Positions 46,180 to 47,981 of a stretch of 47,981 nt of DNA are shown piece after piece; within the stretch, counting starts at the first letter, position 1; every line of letters starts with the position of its first letter. The notes beneath the pieces were generated by a model. It was not told where the DNA came from. It saw nothing but the letters and a program-made list of their open reading frames with translations, and did no database searches. A program made the translations under genes and the position numbers. The stretch covers positions 1-47,981 of the forward strand of contig PXYR01000001.1 of assembly GCA_003023665.1 (NCBI GenBank), given 5' to 3'. Source of the DNA: Bacteroidota bacterium (lineage in GTDB: Bacteria; Bacteroidota; Bacteroidia; Flavobacteriales; Schleiferiaceae).

Positions 46180-46670
46180 AGAACGCACTAATCTTTACAC
46201 TTCTTTTAAGCTCCTTAGCAGCTTTTGCCCAGCCTAAGACTACGAGTGATGCTGAAGCGTTAGAAAAGAAAAAGGAAAAAATAGAAGCCATGAAGGTGGC
46301 CTACTTAACCAATGAATTAGAACTCACAGTTCAGGAAAGTCAGGCATTCTGGCCTGTTTATAATGAGCTCCAGGATAAAGAGATTGAACTGCGCTCGGAC
46401 CAATTAAGAACTTTCAAAGGTATAGGTGATAATGAGATGTCTGATGAGGAGATTGAAAAAATGATTTATTCAATGGCTGACGCAGGAATTAATATTGCCA
46501 AGCTTCGTAAAAGCTATTTAGACGACTTTATTGAAGTAATCGGCGCGAATAAAACCGCCAAACTCATGCGTGCGGAAAAGGAGTTTGGTCGCAGAATGAT
46601 GGCACGAATGAAAGGCAGCAAGGGACCTCAACAGAGAGGTGAAAAAAATGGAAAACGTCCTATTAGATAG
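46176..46670 (+). CDS. periplasmic Spy/CpxP-like helical protein
   Basis: Signal peptide MKNALIFTLLLSSLAAFAQ. The body is a helical K/E-rich sequence with LTVQESQAFWPVYNEL, as in Spy/CpxP-like proteins found beside ECF sigma genes. A 4-nt overlap joins it to the upstream gene. Confidence 0.5.
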   Translation: MKNALIFTLLLSSLAAFAQPKTTSDAEALEKKKEKIEAMKVAYLTNELELTVQESQAFWPVYNELQDKEIELRSDQLRTFKGIGDNEMSDEEIEKMIYSMADAGINIAKLRKSYLDDFIEVIGANKTAKLMRAEKEFGRRMMARMKGSKGPQQRGEKNGKRPIR

Positions 46671-46699
46671 ACATGATTTAAAAGTTTAATTGGGATTAC

Positions 46700-46732
46700 G
46701 CCCTGTGCATTCAATGCACGGGGCTTTTTTTT
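46700..46732 (+). terminator. rho-independent terminator after the ECF module
   Basis: GCCCTGTGCAT, loop TCA, ATGCACGGGGC (one G-U pair), followed by T8. Confidence 0.8.
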
Positions 46733-46773
46733 GCTTTTCTACAGCACAAGGACAACGTATCTTAGCTACCGGC

Positions 46774-47967
46774 ATGGAGAAAGATATAAAATCACTTTTC
46801 TTATCGAACGTTGCGCAAGTAGTTGGCAGCCCTAGCGCATTAGTTGTTGACCGGGCTGAAGGTAATTATTTGTACGACCCTGAAGGTAAAGACTACCTCG
46901 ACTTCATTTCCGGGATTTCTGTTGCCAACCTTGGACACGGTCACCCCACAGTCGTGGCATCCGTTCTTGAGCAGGTGAAAAAGCACATGCATGTGATGGT
47001 GTATGGTGAATTTGCTATTGGGGCACAGACAAAATTGGCCCAAAAAACTTTAGAAAAACTGCATCCTTGTATGGAGCGCGTCTACTTCGTGAATAGCGGT
47101 ACTGAGGCTATTGAAGCTTCTATGAAGATTACCAAGAAATACACCGGGCGCAGTCAATTCATCAGTTTTAAAAACAGCTACCACGGTTCTACGCATGGTT
47201 CTCTGAGCATTCAAGGATCAGATAAATACAAAGGCGGTTATTATCCACTTCTGCCGGATACCCACCAAGCGAACTTTAATGACTTCACTGTGCTTGAGCA
47301 AATCACTTCAAAGACTGCAGGAGTGATTATTGAATGTATCCAGGCAGGTAGCGGCTATATTCCTGCGTATCCAGAGTGGATTAACGCAGTTCGCGCTCGT
47401 TGTACAGAAGTTGGAACCCTAATGATCTTGGATGAAATTCAAACTGGAATGGGTAGAACAGGTCATTGGTTTGCTCATTTAGATTATGGGTTCTGTCCAG
47501 ATATTCTTTGTTTGGCTAAAGCTTACGGCGGTGGCCTGCCTCTAGGCGCATTTGTAGCTCCTGAACGCTATATGAATGTGATTCAAGCCGATCCTATTTT
47601 AGGACACATCACTACATTTGGCGGAAACCCGGTTAGCTGCGCAGCCTCCTTAGGTGTTTTTAAAGGTTTGGAAGAAGAGGAATCACTCATGGAATCTATT
47701 CCTGTAAAAGAAGAAATGATTCAAACTAAACTCGTACATCCAAATATTGAAAAAATAAGTGGCAAAGGTTTGATGTATTGTCTATGGCTGAAACCAGCTA
47801 TTGATGGATTTGAAGTTATAGCTAGATTAGAAAAATGCGGTCTTATTACCAATAGTTTTCTATTTGCAGAAAATGCCATCAGAATCACACCTCCTCTAAC
47901 TATAACCAAAGACCAATTAAGTTTTGGACTCAATAGTATCCTTGACGTAATTAATGACCTAAGTTAG
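46774..47967 (+). CDS. class III pyridoxal-phosphate aminotransferase (acetylornithine/GABA aminotransferase-like)
   Basis: ISVANLGHGHP, NSGTEAIEA, LDEIQTGMGRTG, PLP lysine in LCLAKAYGGGLPLGA, and TFGGNP. The start was moved to MEKDIKS, downstream of the terminator. Confidence 0.85.
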   Translation: MEKDIKSLFLSNVAQVVGSPSALVVDRAEGNYLYDPEGKDYLDFISGISVANLGHGHPTVVASVLEQVKKHMHVMVYGEFAIGAQTKLAQKTLEKLHPCMERVYFVNSGTEAIEASMKITKKYTGRSQFISFKNSYHGSTHGSLSIQGSDKYKGGYYPLLPDTHQANFNDFTVLEQITSKTAGVIIECIQAGSGYIPAYPEWINAVRARCTEVGTLMILDEIQTGMGRTGHWFAHLDYGFCPDILCLAKAYGGGLPLGAFVAPERYMNVIQADPILGHITTFGGNPVSCAASLGVFKGLEEEESLMESIPVKEEMIQTKLVHPNIEKISGKGLMYCLWLKPAIDGFEVIARLEKCGLITNSFLFAENAIRITPPLTITKDQLSFGLNSILDVINDLS

Positions 47968-47981
47968 TGCGCACAGTCCCC

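Noticed and set aside
1-47981. Search for CRISPR arrays, tandem repeats, IS elements, integrases, tRNA/rRNA genes, phage or defence-island genes
   Set aside because: No regularly spaced direct repeats were seen and no intergenic region exceeds 236 nt. No ORF has transposase, integrase, restriction, Cas, Abi or toxin-like motifs, and no cloverleaf-like sequence appears in the short spacers. This visual scan cannot exclude short or degenerate repeats.

Overview
The window reads as a compact core-chromosome segment of a Bacteroidota genome, probably Flavobacteriia-like. Supporting this: three proteins end in type-A T9SS sorting domains, there is a DUF1573 protein and a split transketolase, perfect TAnnTTTG -7 boxes sit upstream of some genes, and Shine-Dalgarno sequences are mostly absent. 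About 40 genes are packed tightly, with many 1-26 nt overlaps. Most are housekeeping: lpxK (5' end cut by the window edge), gatB, lipA, ung, rmuC, rlmB, xth, icmF, valS, murB, mtaB, a suhB-like gene, rfbC, uvrA, parE/parC, ychF, two transketolase subunits and two aminotransferases. I found no rRNA, tRNA, CRISPR array, integrase, transposase, phage gene or recognisable defence or toxin-antitoxin module, so I cannot claim a clear novel system. The features most worth a second look are as follows. (1) The only long intergenic gap (20287-20522) has attenuator-like architecture: a 28-codon Asn-rich ORF whose last codons copy the 3' arm of a strong terminator lying 18 nt before a hotdog-fold gene. 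(2) A secreted VWA/MIDAS protein with a TTG start is wedged between the two halves of the split transketolase. (3) A 72-aa stand-alone histidine-kinase H-box (DHp-like) protein has no kinase or receiver partner nearby. (4) A Wzy_C/TPR membrane protein could be a glycan ligase or a protein O-oligosaccharyltransferase. (5) An ECF sigma, anti-sigma and Spy/CpxP-like triad is present. All functional calls come from motif recognition by eye in the supplied translations, and no database search was run.
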